From assembly GCA_003243965.1 (NCBI GenBank), contig QHBO01000007.1, positions 14,843-78,842 on the forward strand: a stretch of DNA of 64,000 nucleotides, in the 5' to 3' direction. Numbering within the stretch: position 1 is the stretch's first letter; every line of letters begins with the position of its first letter. The translations under genes and the position numbers were made by a program. Of this stretch, positions 7,313-17,390 are shown piece after piece. The DNA comes from Chloroflexota bacterium. Lineage in GTDB: Bacteria; Chloroflexota; Limnocylindria; QHBO01. The notes under the pieces were generated by a model, which was not told where the DNA came from, ran no database searches, and saw nothing but the letters and a program-made list of their open reading frames with translations.

Positions 7313-9673
7313 TCAGCCGGCCGGGGTCAGCACCAGGCGTTCGCCGGTCGCGGTGCGAACTGCCGCCTCGGACCAGGCGATGGGCACGCCGTCTCCCCGC
7401 TGCCACCAGGCCAGCAGGTCCGCGTAGTGCGGCGAGAATGGGTTGCCGGACTGGCCACCGGCCAGCACGAAGCGCGATGCCTCCGGATCCGCGGGCACCA
7501 TCACCACCCGCGTGTTGGGAATCACTCCGGGATTCGAAAGCGGATCGAGCGGCGTGGTGCCGGCCTGCAGCACCGTGTTGCCGTCTCCGCCGACCGGCAT
7601 CGGGCCAAGGTTGAAGACCGATGCGAAGAAGCGCCGATCGCCGGCGGGATGGTGGAGCGTCAGGGGACGCAGCGCTCCCCACTGCCATGAGCGGGGATCC
7701 GGCCCGCGCTCCTTCTCGAGCCGCTCCACCGCGCTTCCGAGGCTGGTCGCCAGGAGGCCTGGCCAGTCGTCGTTTGGGGCCCAGCCGGCTGGTCGCTCGC
7801 GCACGAGCCGAACAACGCGTCCGAGCAGACGGGTATGGAACATCGTGTATGGCACCGCGGCACCGAATCCCGCCCCCAGCACCCAGGGCCACGCGCGCGG
7901 CGCCTTGAGCTCGGCCATGCGCCGCGACAGATCGGCGATGAACAGCTCGTAGACCGACGCCGCCGCCGACTCCGGATCGAGGCTTCCGTCCCATCCGCGC
8001 AGCAGATCGAGGCCGCGCGCCGCCGCATCGGTCGTTGGCGCAGCCTGCATGACTGCGTCATGCAGATCGGCCCAGACGGCCGACCGGCGGTTGATCTGCA
8101 GCGCCTGGGTGCGCGCCACGTCCCAATCGCTCTTGGCGGCCAGCTCAGCCTCGATGGCAGCCAGGCGGTACCCATCGATCCAGTCGGCGCCGAGGAACGG
8201 CCCCTCCCCGTCGCGGACCGGCTGGTTGTTGGCGGTCGCCACGAAGCCGATATCAGGGTCGTACACGCAGGGCATCTCGGTGAACGGCACCAGCTCGGCT
8301 TCCCAGCCGATCTCCGGATCGGAAGCCGGCAGCGGGACGGTCCCCGAGCCGCGGCGCCGGCGGGGCAGCTGCCCGACCAGCTGCCAGCCGATGTGTCCAT
8401 CGGCATCCCCATATACAACGTTCAGCGCTGGACCCGGCCAGGCGGCGAACGGGGCGCGGAGCTCCTCGAAGCTGCGCGCCCGCACGCTCTCCAGGAACCC
8501 GCGGATCGGCAACGTCTGCTGCCAGATGGCGCGCAGCGAGAGCGTGTACGGCATGCCGTCGAGGAGCGGGCTGATGATTGGCCCGCGCGGGGTGATCACC
8601 ACCTGCTCGACCGTCGGCTGTGCCCCTTTGACCTCGATCCGCTCCTCGATCACCTCGCACGCTTCCCACCCCTCGCCGCGGCGCACGGAACGGCCGTCCG
8701 CGCCGAGCTCCTCGATGAACAGGTCGCAGGTATCGGTCAGGCCGGCCGTGATGCCCCACGCGGCGAAACCGTTGTGACCGATGGGGAAGGCGGGTCCGCC
8801 CACGTACGAGGCGCCGGCAACGGCCCACTCCGGGGTCCGCAGGTGTGCGAGGTACCAGGGTGCGGGAAGGCGGCTGGCGAGGTGTGGGTCGTTTGCGACG
8901 ATCGTGGCCCCGTTCGCCGTCCGCGACGGCGCGAGCGCCCAGTTGTTGGAAGCCCCGCCGGGCCCGATCGCCAGCAGCGCGGCGAGGTCGCGCGCCAGGT
9001 GATCGGCCGTTGGCCCCGCGATCGCGGCGACCGGTGCGCTCACCGGGTGCCATTCGGGATACGCCCCGTCCAGCGCCTGCAGGGCATCGGGACCATCCTC
9101 GGCGAGGATCTTCAGCCGGGCGAGCTCCGTGTCCCAATTCGCGGACAGGGCAAAGCTCTGGAGGCCCACGAAGGCGAGCACGTCGGTCGCAGTCCAGCGG
9201 GTGGGGCGCGCTCGCAGCAGCGCGAGCTCGTGGGGCGACCGGCGGAGGCCGTGCTCCAGCCCGGCGTTGATACCCGCCACGTAGGCGTCGATCGTCCGCC
9301 GCACGGCGGCCTCGATGACCCCCTGCTGTCGGATGGCGGTGCGGGCGAAGCCGAGTCGCCGCGAGAGGCGGTCGAGCGGCAGGCCGCCCACGCCGACGAG
9401 CGCTGCGAGGGTGCCGCGCCCCACCCGGAGCATCGTTTCGAGCTGGAAGGGGCGGTCCTGGGCGTGGCACAGCCCCAGCGCGAACCACGCGTCCGAATCG
9501 GACCCGGCATTCACGTGCGGGATGCCCCACCGATCGCGCGCGATCTGCACCTCGCCCTCGAGGCCCTCGACCCGGAGCCGGCCGCGGGTCACCGGAAGCC
9601 TCCTGCCCAGGGCCAGCCGCAGCGCGGTCCGCTGCCAGCCGAGACGAGGTCGAGCCACGGCAGGTTGAGCCAC
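7313..9673 (-). CDS. Penicillin acylase family (Ntn) amidase
   Basis: RDRWGIPHV, ASNNWA, ANDPHL, TANN, GGQSGNPFSPHY. Confidence 0.93.
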   Translation of the reverse strand: MAQPAVARPRLGWQRTALRLALGRRLPVTRGRLRVEGLEGEVQIARDRWGIPHVNAGSDSDAWFALGLCHAQDRPFQLETMLRVGRGTLAALVGVGGLPLDRLSRRLGFARTAIRQQGVIEAAVRRTIDAYVAGINAGLEHGLRRSPHELALLRARPTRWTATDVLAFVGLQSFALSANWDTELARLKILAEDGPDALQALDGAYPEWHPVSAPVAAIAGPTADHLARDLAALLAIGPGGASNNWALAPSRTANGATIVANDPHLASRLPAPWYLAHLRTPEWAVAGASYVGGPAFPIGHNGFAAWGITAGLTDTCDLFIEELGADGRSVRRGEGWEACEVIEERIEVKGAQPTVEQVVITPRGPIISPLLDGMPYTLSLRAIWQQTLPIRGFLESVRARSFEELRAPFAAWPGPALNVVYGDADGHIGWQLVGQLPRRRRGSGTVPLPASDPEIGWEAELVPFTEMPCVYDPDIGFVATANNQPVRDGEGPFLGADWIDGYRLAAIEAELAAKSDWDVARTQALQINRRSAVWADLHDAVMQAAPTTDAAARGLDLLRGWDGSLDPESAAASVYELFIADLSRRMAELKAPRAWPWVLGAGFGAAVPYTMFHTRLLGRVVRLVRERPAGWAPNDDWPGLLATSLGSAVERLEKERGPDPRSWQWGALRPLTLHHPAGDRRFFASVFNLGPMPVGGDGNTVLQAGTTPLDPLSNPGVIPNTRVVMVPADPEASRFVLAGGQSGNPFSPHYADLLAWWQRGDGVPIAWSEAAVRTATGERLVLTPAG

Positions 9674-9732
9674 GGCAGCAAGCCTAGCCGAGTCGGGCCG
9701 GAAGCGAGACAGGGCGCCTCTATACTCCGTCC

Positions 9733-10278
9733 ATGAGCCGCCGTGTCGAGCTGTGGGTCGGGCTGATGCTGTTCGGGATCGGCATCCTGGTCCTCGCCTC
9801 CGAGCCGATCGCCCGCTGGGTCGGCGGCCTGGGCATCAGCAATCGGCTGCTCGCGTGGTGGCCGGCGCTGCTGATCGCCCTCTCGCTCTTCTTCCTGGTT
9901 CCCGCCCTGTTCGGGAGGCAGCACCGCCGTCTGCGAGCCGGGATGGTGATTCCCGGCACGATCCTCGCCGGGGGCGGCAGCGGCCTCCTGTACACCAGCC
10001 TGAACGACCGATGGACGGCGTGGAGCTACCTGTGGACGGCCCTTCCCTTCAGCATCGGATTGGGGATGTACATCGCCGGCTGGATCGCCGATGCCCCCGC
10101 GTTCAAGTGGATAGGCTCGGGCATCGCGGTCGGATCGGTCTTCGCCTACATCGCCTTCGCCACCGCCTTCGGTGGCGAGGCGTTCCGTCTGGTCGGGGCG
10201 CTGGGAATCATGACGCTCGGCCTGGCGCTGGCGATCGGCGGGCTCGCCGAGCGCCTCTCGCGCAAGTCACCGGCCTGA
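9733..10278 (+). CDS. Integral membrane protein of unknown function
   Basis: Multiple TM segments, repeated WWP/LWTA motifs, coding-like codon bias; TATACT 6 nt upstream. Confidence 0.75.
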   Translation: MSRRVELWVGLMLFGIGILVLASEPIARWVGGLGISNRLLAWWPALLIALSLFFLVPALFGRQHRRLRAGMVIPGTILAGGGSGLLYTSLNDRWTAWSYLWTALPFSIGLGMYIAGWIADAPAFKWIGSGIAVGSVFAYIAFATAFGGEAFRLVGALGIMTLGLALAIGGLAERLSRKSPA

Positions 10279-10321
10279 CCAGGCTCCGCCCGGTCCCGAA
10301 CGACCCGGCGCCAGCACCGGC

Positions 10322-10894
10322 TCAGGCCGGTCCGGCGTACAGCAGGCGCAGGACGAGGACGGCCACCGCCACTCCCAACGCCGCGGAGGCCAGCGCCAAC
10401 GGCGCACGCCGGGGATGGCGCGCGAACCGGTGGGCGATCGGCAGGCTTGCGAGCGTGCCGGCGAGCCCGGCGAGCGACGCCAGGGAGGCGTGGGCCAGGG
10501 ACGGGGCACGGATGCCCGTCGCGGAGCCCGACGTCAGCCCGCCGACGAGAACGCTTCCCAGCGCCGCGAACAGCGCGGCGCCGAGCGTTGCGGCAACGGC
10601 GCGAGCGGCACCCCGCTGCGTCAGGCCGGTGAGCGTGCCCCCCACCACGATGGCGGCTCCCAGGAGCCACGTGCCGGCCTCCGGGCCGCCGACGCTGCGC
10701 GGGGGCCAGCCGATGAACCAGGCCAGCGCGACGAGCGGGGCCAGGAGCATGCCGCCCGCGGCCGCCCAGGTCAGCGGCCGGGTCCAGTCTTCGGGCTCCT
10801 CCGGCGGGACCACGGCGCCCAGCCGGACGCTGACCGGGACGCCGTCGAGCTCCGGGCTCGCGTCGTCGCCCGCCGACCGGCGGTCAGGCGGCAA
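10322..10894 (-). CDS. Hypothetical membrane protein
   Basis: About 5 hydrophobic segments; TTG start overlaps the stop of the upstream gene (start uncertain). Confidence 0.6.
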   Translation of the reverse strand: MPPDRRSAGDDASPELDGVPVSVRLGAVVPPEEPEDWTRPLTWAAAGGMLLAPLVALAWFIGWPPRSVGGPEAGTWLLGAAIVVGGTLTGLTQRGAARAVAATLGAALFAALGSVLVGGLTSGSATGIRAPSLAHASLASLAGLAGTLASLPIAHRFARHPRRAPLALASAALGVAVAVLVLRLLYAGPA

Positions 10895-12161
10895 CGGGCG
10901 CCTCTGCCTCCCGAGCGCTCGGCACGGTAACCAGCCGCAGCCCCAGGATGCGAGCGCCCAGCTCGCGGACCATCCAGCCGGCCTGGGCGGCGAGGGGGCC
11001 ATCATCCGCCGAGTTGCAGATCGCGGCCAGCGCGTGCAGCTCGGGTAGCGCCGCAGGCGTGTCGAGATCGTTGTCCATGGCGGCCAGGAACCGGGCGCGA
11101 TGTTCGGCCACGGCCGGGGCGAGTGTCGCCGGATCGGTCAGTGTCGACCCCATCGGCTCGAGCTCCTCGGCACGGCGGCAGGCCTGGCGAAGCCGCGCAG
11201 ACTGGAGCGCCGAAGCCTCGAGATCCGCCTCCTCGTACTCGACCTCGTCGCCGTAGTGATGGGAGACGAGGTAGTGGCGCACCGCGTCGCCCGGGAAGGA
11301 GGCCAGCAGCTCGCGGACGAGGACCAGGTTGCCGAGCGACTTGCTCATCTTCTCGCCCCGGTAGCGCAGCATTCCGGCATGCATCCAGTGCCGGACGAAC
11401 GGTCGCTTGCCGGTCGCCCCCTCGCTCTGGGCGATCTCCGACTCGTGGTGCGGGAAGATGAGGTCGGCCCCGCCGCCGTGAATCTCGAACTGCTCGCCAA
11501 GGTACGCCATGCTCATCGCCGAACACTCGATGTGCCAGCCGGGCCGCCCGGGTCCCCACGGGGATGGCCACTGCGGCTCGTCCGGCGCCGACGGCTGCCA
11601 GAGGACGAAGTCGAGCGGGTTCCGCTTGCCGGGCATCTCCGGGATGTTCCCGCGCTCGTTGGCGATCGGCAGCATCGCATCGCGCGGAAGCTTCGAGAGC
11701 TCCCCGTAGCGGGGGTCCGAATCGACCTCAAAATAGACGTGCCCCGCTGCCGCGTACGCGTGGCCGCGCTCGAGCAGGCGCGCGATCAGCTCCTGCATCT
11801 GCCCGGTGTGCTGGGTGGCCCGCGGATAGTGGGTCGGCGGCAGCCAGTTGAGCGACGCCATCTCGGTCAGGAACGTGGTCAGGTGGCGATTCCCGAGCTC
11901 GAGGTAGTCCTCCCCGAGCTCCCGGGCGCGGCGCAGCATGTCGTCGTCGACATCGGTCAGGTTCTGCACATACGTGACCTCGTGCCCGAGATACCGCAGG
12001 TAGCGATGCAGGACGTCGAAGCTCACGAACGTGAAGGCGTGACCCAGGTGTCCGGTGTCGTACGGCGTCACGCCGCACACGTACAGACCGATCGGTCGGC
12101 CGCCGATCGGCTCGAAGGCGTGCACGGCGTCACGCCGCGTATCGAACAGGGAGAGGCTCAC
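10884..12161 (-). CDS. MshC-like / CysRS-paralog cysteine ligase lacking the anticodon-binding tail
   Basis: [58 protein letters not shown]; 425 aa, ending after the helical domain. Confidence 0.8.
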   Translation of the reverse strand: MSLSLFDTRRDAVHAFEPIGGRPIGLYVCGVTPYDTGHLGHAFTFVSFDVLHRYLRYLGHEVTYVQNLTDVDDDMLRRARELGEDYLELGNRHLTTFLTEMASLNWLPPTHYPRATQHTGQMQELIARLLERGHAYAAAGHVYFEVDSDPRYGELSKLPRDAMLPIANERGNIPEMPGKRNPLDFVLWQPSAPDEPQWPSPWGPGRPGWHIECSAMSMAYLGEQFEIHGGGADLIFPHHESEIAQSEGATGKRPFVRHWMHAGMLRYRGEKMSKSLGNLVLVRELLASFPGDAVRHYLVSHHYGDEVEYEEADLEASALQSARLRQACRRAEELEPMGSTLTDPATLAPAVAEHRARFLAAMDNDLDTPAALPELHALAAICNSADDGPLAAQAGWMVRELGARILGLRLVTVPSAREAEAPVAA

Positions 12162-12276
12162 CCCCGGATTCTAGAGGCGCGTGGCGGATAGGTCTTGCCG
12201 CGGGCGTCACGCCGACACCGGCGGCAACCGGCTCTGGTTGGCGCCTGCCTCTCACCGCCCCGCCGGCGCGGGCTGC

Positions 12277-12654
12277 TCAGCCCGAAGCGCTCCTCGTTCC
12301 GCCGGCGCGCCCCGTACCGCCGGCGGCCGCCGACTGACCGCGCCTGCGGCGACGGACCTGCTGCATCACCCCGACCCGCTTCAGGAGGGCGGGGACGTTG
12401 ACCGCCCACCCAACGCCCAACGGCCGATCGGTCAGGACCCGGTCGCTCGACGGGTTCCAGTAGGCGGTCCGCAGGCGCTCCATGGTGGGCAGTCGGAAGT
12501 CGTACGGGACGACGCCGAACAGCCGGCCCTCCCAGGTGCGCTCCTGCGGCGGCTTGCGCAACTCCCTGTAAACGGCCCCCACGACGGCCAGGAGTGCGGC
12601 GGTGCGGATCAGGCCGACCAGGTCGGCGATCTCGTCGCGGATCGTTCGTAGCAT
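12277..12654 (-). CDS. DUF5808-like small membrane-associated protein
   Basis: ELRKPPQERTWEG..GVVPYDFR.PT....AYWNP....GVGWAVN. Confidence 0.65.
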   Translation of the reverse strand: MLRTIRDEIADLVGLIRTAALLAVVGAVYRELRKPPQERTWEGRLFGVVPYDFRLPTMERLRTAYWNPSSDRVLTDRPLGVGWAVNVPALLKRVGVMQQVRRRRRGQSAAAGGTGRAGGTRSASG

Positions 12655-12703
12655 GTCGCGTCTCATCGCAATTGACGTGCCGCAGCGGCGCGACTTCGGA
12701 CGC

Positions 12704-13924
12704 TCAGGGGATGTGGACGATCACTCCCGATGCCCCGAGGTGTGCGGCGATGGCTGCCAGGAGCCGCTCGATCGCGGGCCCGATGAGCTGGCGGAAGGCC
12801 AGCAGGCGGGCGTCGAGCCGCGCCCCCGGATCGCCGAGGATCTGCCCGAAGACCGACGAGGAGCGATCGATACGGTCAAGTCCCGCCAGGACATGAAGGG
12901 CGCTCATGCCACGTGGCCAGCTCCCCTCCGTCGTCCGAGCCGGCGGTGCATCGACCCCGGCCACCGGCTCCGCGGAAACGACGCTAGCCTGGGGAATCGG
13001 CGCCGGTGCGGCGGGTGGTGTGGCGGCCGACGCGAGCGGCAGCTGACCCCCTCCGGGGAGCTGCTGGTCCGGCAGCGGTGCCACCGCCGGCGCCGGGAGC
13101 GGAGTTGGCATCGCCGTGCGGCTCGGCATGGGGAGAAGCGTGGCACGCGGTGTCCCCACCGGCGCGGCCGTCGGGCTCGATCGGGGCGGTCCGGAACCGC
13201 GGGGCGTGGCGGTCGGTGTCGGACGGGAGGTGGCCACCGGGATCGGCGTCGGCGCTGGTGTCGGGCGCTGGGTCGCGATCGGCGTGGCTGGGGGTGACCC
13301 GATCGGCCCGCCACCGGCAACGGTCACACCGGGATAGTAGTACGCAGCCAGGATGGCGCTCGCTGCGCGGCCAGCCAGACCGCAGGCCTGCGTTCCCCAC
13401 TGGTACATGCGCCAGCCGTTCGCATTCGCCGCACAGCGCTCTCCGGGCCATCCGGCGTTGTAGTAGGTCGGGAAGAGGCGTCCATCTTTCAGGACGCGGG
13501 TCGCCCAGGTGGAGTCAACCGCGGCCGCCGCGGTTGACCACGTCGGCGCCGATGGGTCATACACCTGGTCGTAGCCGTCGTCGCGCACGTCGAGGCACTC
13601 GCTGGCGGAATTCGTGAATCCCCGCCAGTGCAGGACCTGGTACCACGCGTAGCTCTTGACCGCCACCGCGCCCGCCTGCAGGGATGCCGCGCTCCAGGAA
13701 CCGATCCACTCCCGCGACAGCACGTTCTTCACGTACCTCCGAAAGTCGACCGTCTCGACGGCCCCGGTCGCAACCCGATAGACCCGGATGCTCGGCGGCG
13801 GCACGACCTCCGAGACCCAGCCGCTGCAACTGGCGGCGGCGATCGGCGGCGCGACGTTCGGAGCGGCCGCGGCGAGCAGCATGACGGCGGCGAGTGTCGC
13901 CGCCACCGATGGTCTGGAAGTCAT
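12704..13924 (-). CDS. Secreted SpoIID/LytB-domain protein with Pro/Thr-rich linker
   Basis: Signal peptide; YVKNVLSREW, LQAGAVAVKSYA, DQVY, MYQWG, ILAAYY. Confidence 0.75.
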   Translation of the reverse strand: MTSRPSVAATLAAVMLLAAAAPNVAPPIAAASCSGWVSEVVPPPSIRVYRVATGAVETVDFRRYVKNVLSREWIGSWSAASLQAGAVAVKSYAWYQVLHWRGFTNSASECLDVRDDGYDQVYDPSAPTWSTAAAAVDSTWATRVLKDGRLFPTYYNAGWPGERCAANANGWRMYQWGTQACGLAGRAASAILAAYYYPGVTVAGGGPIGSPPATPIATQRPTPAPTPIPVATSRPTPTATPRGSGPPRSSPTAAPVGTPRATLLPMPSRTAMPTPLPAPAVAPLPDQQLPGGGQLPLASAATPPAAPAPIPQASVVSAEPVAGVDAPPARTTEGSWPRGMSALHVLAGLDRIDRSSSVFGQILGDPGARLDARLLAFRQLIGPAIERLLAAIAAHLGASGVIVHIP

Positions 13925-13990
13925 CGTCGCCGACGCTAGCGGCTGGCGTCCGCGCGATCACCCGACCGAACGTACTAGCCGTCCCGGCGG

Positions 13991-14863
13991 TCAGCGCCAG
14001 CGGAAGATGCGCTCACGCACGGTGGTGAATCCGAGCTGAAGGCAGAGCGCCTCGAAGTCCTGCTGCGGGACGCCGCGCCACTCCAGGGCAGCCAGATCCG
14101 AGTCGATCGCGGCATCGGCATTCAGGGTTGCCAGGCGTCGGAAGAGCAGAGCCCGCGGGCGCTCGTCGTTGAGGACCGATGAGAGACGGCCCGCGTTGCG
14201 CACGTCGAGGTGCCAGTCCCGCGGATCGTCCGGCACGGCCTCGATATGCCCAAAGCGCCTGAGCACGGCCGCCGCCGATTTGGCGCCCCAGCCCGGCAGC
14301 CCCGGAAAGCCGTCCGCGGCGTCGCCGACCAGCGCGAGGTAGTCGGGGATCGAGGCGGGCGAGACGCCGAACTTGGCGAGCACTCCCTCCTCGTCATAGG
14401 TCTTGCGTCGTATCCGATCGCGCAGCACAACCTGCTGGCCGCGGACGCACTGGGCCAGGTCCTTGTCGACGCTGCAGATCACCACCTGCTCGACATCGGG
14501 CAGATCCGCACAGCGACGGACGGCGGTGGCGATCGCGTCGTCCGCCTCGTCCTCGACCATCGGCCAGGTGGTGATGCCCAGCGCGCGTAGCGCCCGTTCC
14601 GCATCGCGGAACTGGACGAGCAGGTCTGCCGGAACGCCGGCGCTGGTCTTGTAGCCGGGATACAGATCGTTCCGCCAGCTCTCGATCACGTAGTCGGTGG
14701 CCGCGGCGATGTGCGTCACGTCCGGCTCGCGGAGCAGGGCGAGCATCGAGTCGATGAGGCCGCGGACCGCGTTCACCGGGCGTCCGTCGGGGCCCCGCTC
14801 GGCCGGGCGAGAGTAATACGCTCGGAACAGTTCGAATGTCGCGTCGACGAGATGCAGCTTCAC
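13991..14863 (-). CDS. Stand-alone 5'-3' exonuclease / flap endonuclease
   Basis: LVD..ELFRAY, YK, EADDAIAT, DKDL, LVGDAADGFPGLPGWGAKSA. Confidence 0.9.
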   Translation of the reverse strand: MKLHLVDATFELFRAYYSRPAERGPDGRPVNAVRGLIDSMLALLREPDVTHIAAATDYVIESWRNDLYPGYKTSAGVPADLLVQFRDAERALRALGITTWPMVEDEADDAIATAVRRCADLPDVEQVVICSVDKDLAQCVRGQQVVLRDRIRRKTYDEEGVLAKFGVSPASIPDYLALVGDAADGFPGLPGWGAKSAAAVLRRFGHIEAVPDDPRDWHLDVRNAGRLSSVLNDERPRALLFRRLATLNADAAIDSDLAALEWRGVPQQDFEALCLQLGFTTVRERIFRWR

Positions 14864-14901
14864 GTCAGGCATCCTACCGGTGCAGGCTTCGCGAGCCCGG
14901 T

Positions 14902-14946
14902 GGTAAGCAGGCGGTAAGCGGGTGATAAGCGGCGGGGTGCCATGAT
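14902..14946 (+). promoter_or_regulatory. Three direct repeats with 11-bp period followed by a -10-like CATGAT
   Basis: GGTAAGC (14902), GGTAAGC (14913), GATAAGC (14924); CATGAT at 14941. Confidence 0.5.
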
Positions 14947-15085
14947 CCCGCCCGCGCGGGCGGCGACGTGCGTGCCCTGCGCTGTCGGTCCGGGGGTCTG
15001 AATCGGGCCGACGGCTCGCGCCGCCGCCCCGCGAATCGCCTCGGTTCTGCGTGCCAGACGCTGGGCGACGGCAGGCCGCTCAGCC

Positions 15086-15262
15086 TTGACAGCCTGCGGC
15101 TTCCTGGCCTACCTGGCCGGATGGATCATGGCGCTCGGAGCGATCACCCTCTACGCGCTCCGCACCCGCAGCGATCCCGTGGTCGTCACGCGCGCGGAGC
15201 CGGTCGTCGCGGTCGCCCCGCCACCCGAGCAGCCTCCCGCGCCGCAACCGCCGGCGCCGTAG
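15086..15262 (+). CDS. Putative small single-pass membrane protein (about 58 aa)
   Basis: LTACGFLAYLAGWIMALGAITLYALRTRSDPVVV...PPPEQPPAPQPPAP*; not in the ORF track; start uncertain. Confidence 0.45.
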   Translation: MTACGFLAYLAGWIMALGAITLYALRTRSDPVVVTRAEPVVAVAPPPEQPPAPQPPAP

Positions 15263-15284
15263 GGAAGCGGCAGCCCGCCGCGCC

Positions 15285-17030
15285 TTAGACCGCCAGAGGC
15301 TCCCGGAACTCGCCGTACACGCGGCGCAGCAGCCCGCACATCTCGCCGACGGTCGCGTACGCGCGCACCGCCTCGACGATGGCCGGCATGAGGTTCACAT
15401 CCCCGTGGCGCGCCTCCTCGTGCAGCCGGCGCAGCGCGGCGGCGTGGACGTCCGCATCCCGCTCGGCACGGATCCGTGCCAGGCGGTCGAGATGCCGTCG
15501 CTCCTGCTCCGCGGAGATCGTGAGCAGCGGGATGCGCGCCTCCTCGTTCGGGTCGGCGTGTCGCGTGACACCCACGATCTCCCGCTCGTGGGCCTCCAGC
15601 TCGCGCGTCTGCTCGTAGGCGGCATCGGCGATCTCGGCCTGCGGGAAACCGGCTTCCAGGGCGGCGACCATGCCGCCCATCTGGTCGATGCGGGCGATGT
15701 ACTCCCACGCACGCTGCTCGGTCTGGTTGGTGAGCGTCTCGACGAAGTACGAGCCGGCGAGCGGGTCGACGGTGTTGGCGACGCCCGACTCCTCGGCCAG
15801 GATCTGCTGCTGCCGCAGGGCGAGGAGGGCCGCATCCTCAGAGGGAACCGCCCAGGCTTCGTCGTACGCATCGGTATGCAGGCTCTGGGTGCCGCCGAGG
15901 ACTCCGGCGAGCGCCTGGATGGCGACCCGAGTCAGATTGTTGAGTGGCTGCTGCGCGGTCAGCGACACGCCCGCGGTCTGTGTGTGGAAGCGCATCCAGG
16001 TGGAGCGCTCGTTCTCCGCCCCGAAGCGCTCCCGCGAGAGCTTGTACCAGATCCGTCGCGCGGCGCGGAACTTGGCGATCTCCTCGAAGAAGTCGTTGTG
16101 ACTGTTGAAGAAGAACGACAGTCGGGGAGCGAAGTCGTCGAAGCGCAGGCCGCGCGCCAGGGCGTCTTCGACGTAGGCGATGCCGTCGGCGATGGTGAAG
16201 GCCAGCTCCTGCACCGCGGTCGAGCCGGCCTCCCGAATGTGGTAGCCGCTGATGCTGATCGTGTTCCAGCGCGGCATCTCCCGCGTGCCGAACTCGACGG
16301 TATCGGTCACCAGCTTCAGGGAGGGGCCGGGCGGGAAGATGTACTCCTTCTGGGCAATGAACTCCTTGAGGATGTCGTTCTGCAGCGTGCCGGACAGCTG
16401 GGCGCGCGGAACGCCCATCTTCTCGGCGGCGACGATGTACATCGCCCAGATCATGGCTGCCGGGGAGTTGATGGTCATCGAGGTCGAGATCTCGCCGACC
16501 GGCAGGTCGGCGAGCAGCAGCTCCATGTCGGCCAGGCTGCTGACCGCCACGCCGCATGTCCCGAACTCGCCCTCGGCGAGCGGCTCGTCATGGTCGTAGC
16601 CGTACAGGGTCGGCATGTCATAGGCGATCGACAGCCCCGTTCCGCCGGCGGCGATCAGCTTCTTGAATCGGTCGTTGGTGTCCTCCGCGGTCCCGAAGCC
16701 GGCGAACATGCGCATCGTCCACAGGCGGCCCCGGTGTCCGGTGGGATGGATACCGCGCGTGTACGGCGGTTCGCCGGGGAGACCGAGGTCGTCGATCTCG
16801 TCCCACGTCGGTGAGCCATCGGCGGGACTGAACCGATACCGCGGCCGGTCGCGGTCAGGATCGTTGGCCGGATCGGCGAGGTGCGCCGGGGTATACACGC
16901 GCTCGATCTCGACGCCGCTCTGGGTGATGAATCGCGACTTGCGCTCCGGCGACTTCTCGAGCACCGGCTCCAGGCGCTGCTCGCGCCAGATCCGCTCGTG
17001 CTCAGACCATCGGTCCGTCCGCCTGCTCAT
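15285..17030 (-). CDS. icmA: B12-dependent acyl-CoA mutase large subunit, isobutyryl-CoA mutase type
   Basis: [50 protein letters not shown]; no B12-binding domain. Confidence 0.8.
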   Translation of the reverse strand: MSRRTDRWSEHERIWREQRLEPVLEKSPERKSRFITQSGVEIERVYTPAHLADPANDPDRDRPRYRFSPADGSPTWDEIDDLGLPGEPPYTRGIHPTGHRGRLWTMRMFAGFGTAEDTNDRFKKLIAAGGTGLSIAYDMPTLYGYDHDEPLAEGEFGTCGVAVSSLADMELLLADLPVGEISTSMTINSPAAMIWAMYIVAAEKMGVPRAQLSGTLQNDILKEFIAQKEYIFPPGPSLKLVTDTVEFGTREMPRWNTISISGYHIREAGSTAVQELAFTIADGIAYVEDALARGLRFDDFAPRLSFFFNSHNDFFEEIAKFRAARRIWYKLSRERFGAENERSTWMRFHTQTAGVSLTAQQPLNNLTRVAIQALAGVLGGTQSLHTDAYDEAWAVPSEDAALLALRQQQILAEESGVANTVDPLAGSYFVETLTNQTEQRAWEYIARIDQMGGMVAALEAGFPQAEIADAAYEQTRELEAHEREIVGVTRHADPNEEARIPLLTISAEQERRHLDRLARIRAERDADVHAAALRRLHEEARHGDVNLMPAIVEAVRAYATVGEMCGLLRRVYGEFREPLAV

Positions 17031-17390
17031 CACGCGCAGTCTGCGGGGTGGACCGATGTGTCCGCAAGCGGACGGGCGTCGCGGGCCGCGACTCGCCGAT
17101 GCCGAATCCCGCCCAGTGAGCAACCAACAGTCGAACGCCTGCGGCACCTCACGTTGCGGGGCGAGTTGCCTGTGCGTTGAGCAGGCGGATCGCCGAGACC
17201 ACCTGCAGGTGGTACCCCTTGGCCACCTTGCGCAACCGACGGGAATTCGAGGGTCGACCCTCCGATCCAGAGCCTCCTGCCGGTCAGCTGCGCAGCCCGC
17301 GGGAGGAGGGGGACGATCGATGGCCGGCGCCACCCGGTGCGCCATCTCGACCGCAGCGTTCCCCCCCCCTCGCCGGTGCTGACCACGGCC

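Noticed and set aside
17361-17369. C9 homopolymer (another C run lies at 17821-17828)
   Set aside because: The first is intergenic with no linked evidence; the second is in-frame Gly codons on the minus strand
17031-17390. Cobalamin riboswitch upstream of the B12 mutase
   Set aside because: Could not find the B12-box or the conserved GGGAA...GCCACTG elements
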